From Ramazzottius varieornatus (lineage: Eukaryota > Animalia > Tardigrada), in contig BDGG01000014.1 in assembly GCA_001949185.1 (NCBI GenBank), forward strand, positions 961,378 through 1,025,377: a stretch of 64,000 nt of DNA, in the 5' to 3' direction. Both the position numbers and the translations under genes were made by a program. Below the pieces are notes generated by a model. It ran no database searches. It was not told where the DNA came from and was given only the letters and a program-made list of their open reading frames with translations. This document shows positions 17,217 to 29,933 of this stretch, in pieces; within the stretch, counting starts at the first letter, position 1, and the number at the start of each line of letters is the position of its first letter.

Positions 17217-18200
17217 ATGGCGGATCCCTCTATTCTATCGAAAGAATCCCTGAAACAGCAGCTAAAGGCGATTAATCGTCCCACCTCCGGGAACAAAGAC
17301 ACGCTCCTAGAAAATGTAGGAATGTTGTGTTCAATATGAGACGAATGGGTGCGGAAGTCCTAGGGCGCCCTGTTTGTAACAAGTTCGGACGAAGACCCTG
17401 TTGTTAATGTGTACCTACCAACTTACGACCTCCGCGACAACATCCTGCTGCTTCCGTCCAAGATGGAAGAAACGATGAAGAGAAAGGTGCGAGAAGCTGT
17501 GGAATCGAAGCATTCTGACTTCACATGAGTGGAGATGCCAATAGAGGCAACGGCAGCCATCGATATATTCGTGAGGCGAATCCTAATCGACACGTTGAAC
17601 AATTTCCAGGTCTGCTTGGAAGAAGGTATGAGGAACCATGTCAAGCCTTTCCACGTTGCGAATAAGAAGCTGACAGGCGAAATCAAGATTCTACGGGATA
17701 GCCACGAAGCCATCCTGAAGTGATTGACCACATTGGAGAACACCCCCCAACGCCTGCTCGTCCCGCCAAATGATACCCCATCTACCATTCCTAGTACTCC
17801 CATTCCAACGGAGCAGTCTGCCACCACCCCTACGTTCGCTTCCAATGCAGCACGAAAACCTCAACTACCGAAGAACAATGGAGTCCCGCGGAAGGTGAGA
17901 CCTGTCATTATGAAAAGCACTCAGCCGGCTGACGAGAAGACCATAACAGCCAATCCACTACAAGCGCGAGGCCTTCCGAATCGCGACTTCGCCATCAGGG
18001 GTGTTCCGAAGCACATCCCCGCTGAACAGCTCTCCGCATACCTGCAAGGGATCGGGGTGAAGCCTCGTTTTGTCCGCATCGTCCCCCTCGGTCCTGACGA
18101 TACTAAGTTTTCAACTGTCGGACGCATCGGAATCTACACCAGCGATGTGTACGTTCTCTTGAAAGCGGAGAACTGGTCGTCCAACATGACCATCACTGGA
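17217..18200 (+). mobile_element. Degenerate non-LTR retrotransposon ORF1-like remnant (SAP-like N-terminus, coiled coil, RRM-like C-terminus)
   Basis: LSKESLKQQLKAINRPTSGNKDTLL resembles a SAP motif; FAIRGVPKHIPAEQLSAYL...LLKAENWS resembles LINE ORF1 C-termini; interrupted by stops; no introns seen. Confidence 0.5.
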
Positions 18201-18870
18201 AGTTCGGATGAGGACCTGCTCTCATTATTAACCTCACAGTATACCATACTAACCATGGTGTCTCAGTTGATTGTACGGTTTTGCTCGAATGTGACTACCT
18301 GCTCTTTGGAGCGGAGTTTTCCTGCCATCTTGGTGTGTCTTCCAACGATACTTGCCTTTGGTGCTCAGCTGATTCGTTTTTATACCTGATACAGTGTTTG
18401 TAAGTCCTCTGAACATCGAGGAGGCCGTTGACTAGATTGTCGAGGCTAATCAATTTCCTTCCTGCCTACGTACTGCTCCAGCGCCACTCAAACCACTTAC
18501 AGTAATTCAAAACGCCGCTGTGCCCGCCGCGATTGCGTATACATGGTCCGTATCATACGAGTGCTGTACGACGGCGAACGTTTCTCTGCCGGCAAGCACT
18601 GCGCACAGACAACGTTGCCAACAATTTAGACACGTTGCACTGAGATTAGATCCCGGAAGAGCTTGGAAGACTGCTGTGTGAGTCAGCAGTTTGCGGCAGT
18701 ATGGGAAGCTCTTTCGGGCACCAGTCCAAAGACTGCGAGCGTGTATCAGTCAGAGCGATCAAACGATCGCGTACGAGCCCTTGTACGTCACCCTACACAG
18801 GCGTCAGGCGTACTGATACGTCACGTTCTAAAAAGCCAGTCAAAAAGTTAGCCTAATAAAACCGGCTATA

Positions 18871-19038
18871 CAGTGTACTAAAAGTTAACCGTCAAAAATG
18901 GGTGTCGGAAGGAGCCAGATGGAAATGGCCAATGGAATTTGCGCATGCGGTGAACCAAGACCGTTATTGGTTACAAGATAATTAGACTCCCGTCTAATTG
19001 TCACGCCCATTATCGACTGTTAATTTTTTGCTGCACTG
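18871..19038 (+). mobile_element. MITE family B copy
   Basis: TA-CAGTG...CACTG-TA ends; shares ggagccagatgg...gccaatg with 2368-2508. Confidence 0.65.
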
Positions 19039-19178
19039 TAAACTTGATTTGGACGTGCACGTGCGCATTCTCCAGCTGATTCAGTCGCAAAAGAAAACTC
19101 CTTCGCCCCGTCGGTTTTCTCTCTGAACCTCCTGCGCTGCTTTCATCCCTTTGTTGTGGGAGAACTGCTTTTGCCATC

Positions 19179-19778
19179 ATGAACAAGTTTTCTTACTTTG
19201 GACTCGGCGAGTACCCTCCGGAGTATATCCGCCGAGTTCATGGCCCGTACGATCCTTCTCGATACTATGGCAAGCGTAAGTGGGATCTTGTCGATCCAGC
19301 ATTCTGTGGACGAACGTCTTTTAGCATCACATTGGTGTTTCTTGGTTGCAGCTGATACTCCGTTCGGGGAAGTCAAGATATCGGAGCTTCCGCGATGGAT
19401 AGCTCGACGGAATTGGTCCCCGATGGCCATTATTCGAGCAACAGCGCGCGGTAAGATGAACAACACCTGCATACCGTACACAATTGTTCGTGCAGCCCGT
19501 TCACGTATGTACGTGCGTGATGTGTGAACGCATTGGTAGAATATTTGATTGTTTGTGTAGGATGGTGGCGATGGCAGCGGAAGTACGTGATGGTCCGATA
19601 TGGAACTGCTGCTCCTTGGGTGCAGTTCTTCGTCAGCCTCAGCGTTCTTTTCTACGGCATTAACTACAAAAGTATCCGTAAGTGCCGAAGAAAGTGCCAT
19701 CAGTCGTTGAGATCCAATAAGCTAAGATGTAATAGTTCTTCCTTTGCAGGTCTTCACAACCGAGCAAAGTACCACTAA
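19179..19778 (+). CDS. ATP5MF: Mitochondrial ATP synthase subunit f (4 exons)
   Basis: GEYPPEYIRRVHGPYDPSRYYGK-DTPFGEVKISELPRWIARR, WWRWQRKYV and C-terminal RAKYH*. Confidence 0.92.
19463..19516. repeat. Family G unit in ATP5MF intron 2
   Basis: ACACCTGCATAC-N30-GTATGTACGTGC. Confidence 0.65.
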
Positions 19779-20021
19779 AGGAACCGAGCTCTCTTTAGAA
19801 TATGTTTTGAATATTTATCAGGCTTCTTTTCTTCTTTGCCGTGTGTTTGTGAGTTCTAGCAGTCGCTGGGATGCGGGTTAAGTACCTTTTGTGAATAGCA
19901 TTTGGTCAAGCTTTGCGGAAGAAAGTTCGCCTGGTCTTAGCAACGTCTGAGGGAGCCCCTGTTTGACGAGGCTCTACCTGATTACCAGTTGTAGTGTGAT
20001 TACTTCGCTAAATTAAAGTTG

Positions 20022-20905
20022 ATGATGGATTTACGTGATCATCCTTCCGGTGATGCGCAGGCGGACGATCAGGACCAGAAACTATACAAGGGAGACGACG
20101 GTCTCTGTCCCTGTGCGCCGAGCCCAACGAGCCAAGCGATCTCCAAAGCCCTCTTCAAAGTACCCGATGGTTTTCAAGCTCTTCTCAAACATATGACTCG
20201 AGAACTACTGAACGCCAAACCAAAAGATCCTTACGTTTATATATCTGAGTTCCTTCGGGTAAAACTGAGCGATAAGAAGAAAGGTAGGTCTTGATGACGA
20301 GGCTTTGCAAAAGAGGCAGAAGTGCAGCGCAGTTTTATACTATGTAATGTTCGCACATGACGTCAATGAATAGCGATGTAACTGGTTTTTAGCGGTGTTC
20401 ACCCCATGCGTCACTTTGGTGAGTGGTTGTATAATGCTGATTCGAAGTCTTTCCTAGGTCTACTAGAACAAGAGTTCTTCAACGATGACACACTGAATAT
20501 CGACATCAAACCACCCATGCACTACCTTAATCAGACTTCCCTGGCCAACGTGGCATGTCCAAGCACGACGGCCTTCGACACCATCGCCGCCGAGGCTGCC
20601 ACGACGCTGCAAGCAACTTATCGCGGTACGCTCCCTGAACGAGTTCTTCCTTGATTTATCACGCTACTATCTACTACTGCGTTTGTTCATGTTCAGGTAT
20701 GCAAGGTCGCGACGAATTCAACGAGAAGCGCCGCGACTCGACAAGGAACACTGGCAACGAGCTAGAGTTCCGCAATCGAGTTCTGCACCAGGGCGAGATC
20801 TGCGCCCAAATTACGCCTTCGGTTCTTGACCACTGTGGTTATGATCCCAACACCATGAAGAAAGTCGGGTCGAAAAACAGTCCGAACCAGACCAAACCAC
20901 GATAG
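20022..20905 (+). CDS. RIIa (D/D) domain + IQ motif protein, Sp17-like (3 exons)
   Basis: VPDGFQALLKHMTRELLNAKPKDPYVYISEFL and an IQ-like AATTLQATYRG-MQGR across an intron. Confidence 0.75.
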
Positions 20906-21163
20906 AAAATATTCATCATTCATTTCTATTGTGTTTTCTAAGGATTCATCTGACACCTCTTTTCGAAAAGCTCCTTCTGCTTCCGTAAAATTCACTGTGG
21001 CCGGAAATCACGCATTTTATTTTAAATGTTGCAAATGTTGCGAAGGGGTACAATTAAAGACGACGAGTGTTGACAAATTACAGGGTACGATATTAAAACC
21101 AAAACCTGGATCATTCTCTCAGCGGCGGAAAAAACTAACATCCAATCTTTTTACGATATTTCA

Positions 21164-22964
21164 TCACACTTTTCCGGCGTGCTTCATTTCCTGCACACCA
21201 GAAGACCGAATTAGACAGGGCATTATCACCCGCTGATGGACCGTAGGCGAAGGTCTCGGACTTACTTCAAGCATGGCGACGCCCATTTGTGCAGGTGAAT
21301 CCACGACGACGACACCAGCTTCCCTCAAAGCGGCGATTTTGGCGTTGGCTCCACCTTTGCCTCCAGCGATGATGGCACCGGCGTGGCCCATTCGCCTGCC
21401 TGGTGGAGCAGTCTTCCCGGCGATAAAACCTACAACTGGCTTGGCATCTGGACCCTGAAATAAACCGGAAGGATTATCTTCAGAAATAGATATGTAAGCA
21501 ATTCTCTCGCGAAAAGTCACCGTGTTATGGTCGATCAGATACTGGGCTGCTGTTTCTTCGGCCGAGCCTCCGATTTCACCGATCAGAATAATGCCCTGTG
21601 TCTGGGGATCGTTCAGGAAAATGTCCAGGCAGTCGACAAAGTTTGTGCCGTTGAAAGGATCTCCGCCGATGCCAATGCACAGCGTCTGTCCTAGCTGAGT
21701 GTTGGTCGTCTGGAAGACCGCTTCGTACGTTAAAGTTCCTGAACGCGAGACGATACCGATCTTCCCTGGTTTGTGGATGTGGCCCGGCATGATGCCAATC
21801 TTGCATTCACCTGGCTGGAAAATATACGAAAGAAGTTTCAGTTTTAGTTGGGAGCTCGGCAAACAAACTACACCAGATTATTTCCCAAGTAGCTCAAAAT
21901 CTCAGCAAGAAGGTTGCGCCACTTGAAGAAACAATCCTATCGAGTTCTCAAGCGGCGCACGTTGTCGGGGGAAAACGATCTGGTCGAGTTTGCTTGCCGC
22001 GCTCCCAAATTTAAAATTTCACCAAAGAATACTACATCGTTCACGCTCAGCCCGAGAATCCATCCGTCTTTTCAGACGTATGTTACCTTGATGATTCCAG
22101 GACAATTTGGTCCCACTAGCCTGGTTTTATTCTGCTGAAGCAGCCTGGTCTTGACACGGACCATATCCTGTTGAGGAATGCCCTCGGTGATGCAGACGAC
22201 CAAAGGCACTTCGGCCTCGATGGCTTCAATCACAGCGGCAGCGGCTCTTGATGCAGGGACGTAAATTACCGACGCATCGGCTTGCAGGGCTTCGACAGCC
22301 TGAAAATAACACAACCACCACTCATCGGTCAGTTACTTCCGAACAAAATGCGACTTCCGGTCAGTCGTAACAGAATTCTGCCATTTTTCTACGCAAGCAC
22401 CTGTCAAGTTTGTAACGAGCACGGCCTTGATGGGTAGGTATTCCGTAGCAAAAGGACAAAATTTACTGAACGACTTCCGGTGGACGGGTGGAGATAACAT
22501 ACCTCTTTGACAGTGTTAAAAACAGGGCGCTCCAAATGCATAGTGCCACCTTTTCCTGGGGCGACACCGCCGACCAGCTTCGTTCCATACTCGATGGCTT
22601 GCTTGCTGTGGAAGGTACCCTGGAGAACGCACAAGCAGACTCAGCGAAAGCACTCTGGGGAACAGGAAGAAGAGTATTTTCGAGCACTTTCTAAATCAGT
22701 CAATCAAGCCGAAAGGCGAGATGGACTCACCTGTTTCCCAGTGAAACCCTGGCAGATAACTTTGGTGTCCTTGTTGATCTTTAGGTTCTTGCGAGTTGCT
22801 TCGTACATGTTGGCGCTTCCGCGAAGGCTGGATTTCACTGTGACGCAACGAAAAGTATGAAAGCCATCACGAAAAGATTTTCCGTAAAAAGGAAAACATG
22901 ACAGAAATTTCATACCTGCTTCCGCCACACGTCCTCCCATCTTGCTTGCCATCTGGACTGCCAT
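21164..22964 (-). CDS. SUCLG1: Succinyl-CoA ligase alpha subunit, mitochondrial
   Basis: [38 protein letters not shown] and [10 protein letters not shown]. Confidence 0.97.
21852..22004. repeat. Family A element, SUCLG1 intron
   Basis: Well-preserved arms gagctcggcaaacaaact and tggtcgagtttgcttgccgcgctc; internal units partly deleted. Confidence 0.8.
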
Positions 22965-23406
22965 CTTGGACGAAGCCGTCTGAAAATGATAGCTGCTGCA
23001 GGAGGCACCGACTGATAGTTGAATGTGAAAGAAGATGGAACGACAAGTCGGTGATTTAATTTCGCTGCTCCCACAAATTTTACTTTGGTTAGCAGTCTCC
23101 GCCAGTCAGCACCGCTTCGGTCGTGTGTCATGTTGTGTAGTGTCATATCATGTCACACACCTAGCTCAACTGTCATTCTGTGACGTAATGTTATCAATCA
23201 ACTCACATAGCATTGATTTGTTTCTGTTGCATTTCCCGTTCAGGCAATCCGTTTCCGGCAGCTCGACGCTCCACGCTTCCTTCCGTCGTTCGTTCCATCA
23301 GCTCAACCTTCTTTTTGTGTTCTCCCGACTACTGACTGGATATAGAAAGTCCCCAGAAGGATCTCGTTTACCGAAGTTCACTTGGGAAAGTTGTGAGCGG
23401 GGAAAG
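22965..23406. promoter_or_regulatory. Probable bidirectional promoter region between SUCLG1 and eIF3i
   Basis: Head-to-head start codons ~440 bp apart. Confidence 0.5.
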
Positions 23407-26219
23407 ATGGTGAGTACGATTCTACCAGTCCGAATCAAACATCCGATTATAATTTGAATGTTCCTGCTGCGAAACTACTACTTTCAAGGAGTTTCTTCAT
23501 AACACATAGTGTAATATATGTATTTGTATTTTATAGCGTCCTCTTCTGCTGCAAGGCCACGAGCGTGCCATCACTCAGATTAAGTACAATCGAGACGGAG
23601 ATCTTCTATTCACTTGTTCAAAAGACAAATTACCCACCGTCTGGCACAGCCAGACCGGTGAACGCCTGGGCACATATGGACCTGACAATGGACACAATGG
23701 TGCTGTTTGGTCCATCGACGTATCGTGTAAGTGTATCCTTCAGATGGGAGACACCGGAAGCGTGACGAGCCGAATAACCAGAAGTTCCCACTTCATTCTC
23801 TAGTGTAGTTCAATCTACGAGGTAAACGACATGATTCGGGCATAGTGGTTTTTCACTCGTAATTCGGGCATATTTTTCTCAGCTCTTGCTGCGCGTAATG
23901 AACTGCTTCTTGTTTTCTGAGGTAGACTGATCCCTCTCCTCGAGGTTTCAGTAGGTTTGAGAACGGGAAAGCGTTGTAGATTACGGCAATTTGGTCTGGG
24001 ATAGAGATGGGTCTGTCCAATGTTAAAAAGCCTAATGCTGTATCAACACACGTACGATGAGGGATGAATCAAGCGTTGAAGGTAATGTTCAAACCTTTCG
24101 TGTTGCCCGAATTATGGTGCGAAAATCGGTATGCCAGAATTATGTCGTTTACCTCGTAGTCGACTCCTTGTTTCTGTAATAATTAGAGATGTGGCCTGCC
24201 ATGGTCGTAGTAGGCTGTCGTCATGGTAGGTCGTACAGTAGTATATGTCTGTAGCCCTTGTTCGATATGGTCCGTGAATATAGAAATCATGGCATTTACC
24301 GTTCATTACAACAGCCGGAAACCTTAGTTTCTAACAGAATTTGTCTTCTTCTTTCAGGGGACTCTAAAAAGGTTGTGACTGGCTCCGGGGACGCTAGCTG
24401 GCGTTTATGGGACTGCGAGACAGGTCGAATGATACGTGCCACCACCACCCCAACCAGCGTCCGCTCGGTTAGCTTTTCCTATTCCGGCCACCTCTTCCTA
24501 TACGCCACCGACGCACAAGGCAAGACGAGCTCGGCGGCTGTCATTGTGAAGGACACGCGTGATCCTTCACATATGCAAGGTACAAAATAAATGCTGGGCA
24601 AACAAAACGTACAAGATCGCAACCTCAAGTGGCGGACGTTTTATTATCACTGGACGCAAGCGTGCGCCGCTTGAACTAACGCAACAAAACTGTTTTACGA
24701 AGTGGCGCACGTTTGTATTTTTATCAGATGCAAGCTTGCGCCATCTTGAGATAGATCCTGCACATTTCGTTTGCCCACGTCCCAAATCTGGGCATTTGTC
24801 ACAGAATATTTTGATTCAAAGAAGGCTGATCGTTTTTTTGCGATAGGTGACGCCTGTGTCTTGTCGTTGGAGACGTTCCAGAACGAGAAGGACAAGAGCG
24901 TCAATAAAGTGTCTTCGGCGGTGTGGGGACCGTTTGATGAGTCCATCATTTGCGGTCACAATAACGGCGGTCTGAGTCTCATCGAGCTCCGGGTAAATTC
25001 TTTCTTACCGAATTACGCTATCGAGCGTTTGTTGTATCACGTCGAAAGGCACGATTTGCTGTTTCAACTTGTAATTTTCTCCTTCTTTTTGCAGCAAAAC
25101 GATTTCACCATCACAAACGAAAACGCCCACAGCGCCACCATCATGGATATTCAGAAAAGCAAGGACGACATCATGTTCGTCACCGCTTCGAAGGACACCA
25201 AAGCCAAGGTAAATTTGGCAGATTGAGACTTGAGGCTCTGCTGCCGAGCTATGGGTATTTGATTGTTACCTGGCTAGCGACATTGCCTTTTTTTTCTGCA
25301 AAGAGTTGACAGAGCCGTGCCGGGCGCTGGCCTGGTCGAGGTTTTCGTGGATATTTCGTAGCTAAAAAGGGCAGAATATGCTACGGAGGTCGAATTACTC
25401 TGCAGTTGCTGCTTGAAGTTTTATCTCTTATATTCACCTTCAAAATGATTCATTGGTTACTGTTGTTCACAGCTGTTTGACTCCACCACCCTTGAGGAGT
25501 TGAAAACGTACAAGGCCGACCGACCCGTCAACTCGGCTGCCATCTCTCCCATCAAGCAACACGTAAGAAAAGTCGTGTAATATGAAGCCTTGGCAAAAAA
25601 CCCGACCAGATCATGTTTTCAAAGTGGCGTACGCCGTCAGCCAATAACAGTAACAGCGTGCGCCACTCGTGAAAACAAGTTCGTCGAGTTTATTTCAAGC
25701 GACGTACGCTGTCGCTGTTCGGCAATAATAATGAGAACGTGCGCCACTTGGGAAAGACCACTCGAGCAGATTGCTTTCTAAAAAGGCGCAAGCTTTCAGG
25801 CAATAACAGTGATGACGTACGCTACTTGTGAAAATGCTCTGGTCGAGCTACTTATATCGGGCGGAGTAGATTCCGCTTGCGTCAACTGTCAAAGTTGTTC
25901 TACCTTTTAGATTTTGTTGGGTGGTGGTCAAGAAGCCATGCAAGTGACGACCACCGACATTCGGCAGGGCAAGTTCGAGGCCCGCTTCTTCCACATGGTT
26001 TTTGAGGAAGAATTCGGGCGAGTCAAGGGCCACTTCGGCCCTATCAATAGTGTGGCCTTCCATCCTGATGGCAACAGGTACAGTACGGCACCATAGCTAA
26101 GAATCTAGCTGTGTGTCTAATGAGTTATAATTTTCAGCTTCTCTACCGGAGGGGAAGATGGGTATGTTCGTGTCCATACCCTCGATGACACATACTTTGA
26201 TTTTGACCTGACATTTTGA
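23407..26219 (+). CDS. EIF3I: Eukaryotic translation initiation factor 3 subunit I (WD40)
   Basis: First coding exon is ATG only, then [25 protein letters not shown]; [24 protein letters not shown]; [10 protein letters not shown]. Confidence 0.97.
24592..24781. repeat. Family A element (2 units), eIF3i intron
   Basis: Two box pairs with inverted arms. Confidence 0.8.
25586..25862. repeat. Family A element (3 units), eIF3i intron
   Basis: Three box pairs; spacers contain ccaataacag. Confidence 0.8.
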
Positions 26220-26571
26220 AATTCCTCCAACGTGTTAGTCATGTCCAATCGACGAGTAGACCATCATGATCTTTTTCCGTAGTAGCGCTTTGAGCTAGCG
26301 ATCAGTCTGGACAGTTCAACCAAGGTAGCATCGGCTGATCCACAATCAGCCGACGCTAGATTGATTGAGCTGTCCGAACTGAACAGTTTACCGTAGGCTA
26401 GAATCTGTTAGAATATGTTTGCGTCGGAGATTATTTATATGGTACGCTTTCCAGTCGTCGCTGCATACATTACACAGCTTTCCTTTGACGTGCGAGAAAC
26501 CAGTAAAATGAGGTGAAACTCTGTGTAGCGCTTTCGGGTTTTATATCATATTAAAGTTTTAAGGAGCCTGA

Positions 26572-28339
26572 CTATGCGGCTTTGGCCATCCACTCAAAGC
26601 AGCCTTCTTTTTCCAAAGCCTTCCGCAATGTTGATGTCTCCTCCGAGGTGAAGGTCTTTAACGGCGCTCTGGTCGGACCCAGCGGGATCGTGACCATGCT
26701 GGTCAACGCTTTAAAAGTCGTCACTTGGTCTCCGAAACCCAACGCCAAATCCATGATCCTCTTCAACCGTTTCTGCTCGACCAGTGCTCCGGACATGTCT
26801 CCGGCTTCGAAGGCTTTGATGATGCGTTCGGCTATGGCACCGGTGAAGCTGTAGGAACCTCCGATGAAAGATTCGAAGCCTACTGCCAACCCACTCAACA
26901 TCACCTGAAATCACGGCAGTCATAGGTTGAAGAAGGCTCTCTAAAAATCCAAGCACTTACGTCATCGCGGCCCCATAAAATTTCGAACTCCTCTCCGTGG
27001 TCAATGTAACATTTCAACGCACCCGCTACGTCAAACCCGGAGTATTTCATCCCAGCTAGCGACGGAATTTCCGTCTTGGCTGCTTTCAGGAAGCTCGACA
27101 TATCAACTGTCAAATATCACAATGAGGCAGAGGTTTTTGTCCAAAGCAATTGGGAGCTCGACAGACATTCTCGAACAGGTCGTTTCCCCAAGTGGCGCAC
27201 GTCTGAGTGTTGTTGGTCGTTAATCTGCGCCACTTGAAAGAGTAATCTTCTTCACTCTGTCAAGTGGCGCATAGCTTTGGTGGTTTTGACTGAAAGCGTG
27301 CGCCACTTAGAAAAGCGATTCCTAAGCGGCCTATATTCTCAGTGTTATTGGCTGGAACTGTGCACCACTGGGGAAGAAAACGACCAGGTCGAGTTAGCAC
27401 ATGGTGCATGTTCCCAGTACGCTGACCGGAAGCGCGCGCCACTTGGGGAAAGCGCGCTGGTCGAATTTGTTTGCCGAGTTGCTAGTTCGCAAAGATAGAA
27501 TGACCCACTGTCGACATGGGTTAGGCGAGGAATGTGATAGTAGAGGAACGGTGTTTTCGGAGCAGCAGCGGCAATCGGTTTCAGGTTCCGAACGAGATCA
27601 ACTAACCAAAAATAACACAAAGGTAGAATGACAAAGATTTTAGCTTTTTCCATGCATAAAGACAGAACAAGAGTTACCGGGGGTACGCGGGCTGAAGTAG
27701 AAGGAAGGAACGGCTGATATGGCGTCGGCGCCCTTTTGTTGTGCATGGTCGGCCAGTTCTTGGGCTTCGCGTAACGACAAGGCTCCACAATGGACGATGA
27801 TCTTGATCCGCTCTTTGCAGCAGGAGATCCAAGCTTCGGCCATCTTCTTGCGTTCAGCCACCGTCATCATCAAGCCTTCCCCGGCTGTACCGTTCACTGG
27901 AAAACAAGACATTACATCACCGCCCTGCCAAAGGATACAATAATTATTCAGAGCTAGCTGAGAGAACATGCTTGCCTACCGAAGACTCCAGCCGCTCCAT
28001 TGTGCAGCAGATGATGGGCGTATCGTGGGACAGCATCCGGGTTGATATCGCTGAAAAACCATCTGACATGACAAATAGCATAACCAAGCTGAATAGTCAT
28101 ACAGAATTCAGGCAACTTCACCCGTTGTGATGCATAGGTGTGTAGGTGGCCACAAAGCATCCCTTGACGTCGAAGCGCGAGAGGGCTGATGAGGAGGCAT
28201 GACGACGACTGTACCGCAGGTATCCAGCCCGATGAATTGGCTGAGCTGCTGAGTGCTTCCATGCTGATATAGGAGCATCAAGGATGAAACGGAGAAAGGA
28301 ATTGGACGATAGGGAAGGAAAGCGCAGGCCACAAGCCAT
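26572..28339 (-). CDS. NPL: N-acetylneuraminate lyase (DHDPS family) with N-terminal extension
   Basis: VATYTPM, VNGTAGEG, HCGALSLREAQELA, PFLYYHIP, GMKYS and LGPTRAPL match the animal NPL pattern. Confidence 0.88.
27153..27482. repeat. Family A element (4 units), NPL intron
   Basis: Four consecutive box pairs with 24-25 nt spacers. Confidence 0.85.
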
Positions 28340-28963
28340 GCCTTCCGAAAATCACTGCAGACAGCTCAGCATGTGGCGCTAACCGGCTAAATGGTCAAAT
28401 AAAAATGTCGTAGCCAGTGTGCATCTGCCCTGATGCCGATAACAGTTTATGATAGCCACGTCTACACGTGTCTTAACTAGAACCAAGCTCATAGGTCAAA
28501 GTACAATGAGCAGTACTATAAATGTCGACTTTCGATATAGCCAGGAATATGGCTGGGTCCAACACAGTGTACATCGGAACTGGGCACTTCAGCCACTGCC
28601 AAGTGGCAAGTGGCAACCCGGACGTGATGAAGGCGGGTGGCCGGACAGGTTCAGCGTCAACGAGGTGACCGTCAGGAGTACGCCCTTCTATCTTCTCTGG
28701 ATACCATCGGCCTTTGGGGACAATCAAGGCAGACGGCGACACTGTAGGCTGCCCTGGGCAAAATTCGAAGGAATGACTGCGACAGGAGGTACGACAGGAC
28801 CTGAGAAGGTGAAGGTAGCCACAGAGTGGCACGGAGGATAAAGGGACGATGTACTGTACGACCTGTAGTGCCAGCCACATCTCCCTTCCACGGTAAGATC
28901 GCTAGGGGACCATCATGAACCAACAGCGCGCGCCTGCGCCATCTCTTAGCTCCATATCTCCTA

Positions 28964-29166
28964 CACGCGCGACGAGAAAATATGGACCAGTCAGAATTAT
29001 GGACCAGGCGAAAAAGACGGCAAAATAGAAATCCAGCCGTAGAAAAGTGACAGAAAGTACTGTATGTTACTGTTAGTAAACGGCCTACCTACGTGCTTCC
29101 GCACCGCCGTAGCGGAAAGGCCTGTACCATAATTTATACTGGTCCCATAATTTCCCGTGGTGCGTG
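28964..29166. mobile_element. MITE family C (~200 bp, TA-CACGCACG...CGTGCGTG-TA)
   Basis: TIRs containing AATTATGGACCAG. Other copies at 34686-34855, 36030-36522, 36886-37076, 40055-40251, 48245-48437, 59562-59745 and 63753-63915. Confidence 0.85.
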
Positions 29167-29933
29167 TACTGTAAATGTCGAGCGCGGAACTGGGCAGGTT
29201 GATTAAGCTATAGGCTACCGTTCCGTACATCAGCGCACAGAGACGCCCCCCTTGTTTCCTTTTGTGTATGCCGCTGGTACAGTCCTGTGGTCCCTGTAGG
29301 AACTTGGACAAGAAGAGGCGACGGGCCAGACTTAAGCGGTTGAAAGCATTTGATGAAGATGCGCTGGTGGGAACTGAATCAACAAAGGCCGACGGCTTGA
29401 ATCCAAAAGCCGACCTGAAAGGAAGGACCTATTTGTTTCCTGTTGAAAGAGCCAAAAGTTGTCCAAGTCTCATCCATCCAGCAAACACTTCAAGCGTCAG
29501 CCATCGAGGAAATGCAGTATCAGTATCGATTTACTGTACAAGCATGTGGCTCGCTGGTTAATTACGTGATTATTATAAATGATATCGCGAAGGCAAAAGA
29601 TATAGTTCAACAAGGGATGCATCTTGTGTAGTGTAATGCAGTCAAACCGGCTTGACGGTTATGGCGCTTCAGGGAATACAGCCAAGTAGCCAATGCTATC
29701 TGCCATCTTTATCAAGCTATAAGCGACAGTAAAAGTATCAAAAGTGTTTCACCCAAAGCAGCAAGCTGAAAAAACGCTACACTATACTGAAGTATCCATC
29801 TATTGCCAGCCTTATCTGTAGCGCTACCACATCAAAACTTGATTCCAACACAGAGCGTACTTTTGCTTGCTAAAACGTGACAACTTATTTCTTCCCTATC
29901 TCTTTCATATGAGCTTTCTCCCAAGGGGAAAGC

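Noticed and set aside
23727-24357. Possible C/D snoRNA in the long eIF3i intron
   Set aside because: CTGA boxes are present, but I could not support a canonical RTGATGA box or terminal stem.
27153-27482. CRISPR array interpretation of the family A/G arrays
   Set aside because: Eukaryotic intronic context, inverted rather than direct repeats, no cas genes, and family A spacers share a weak consensus.
28500-28900. IGTGHFSHC resembling a kinase Gly-loop
   Set aside because: No further kinase motifs were found; too short to call.
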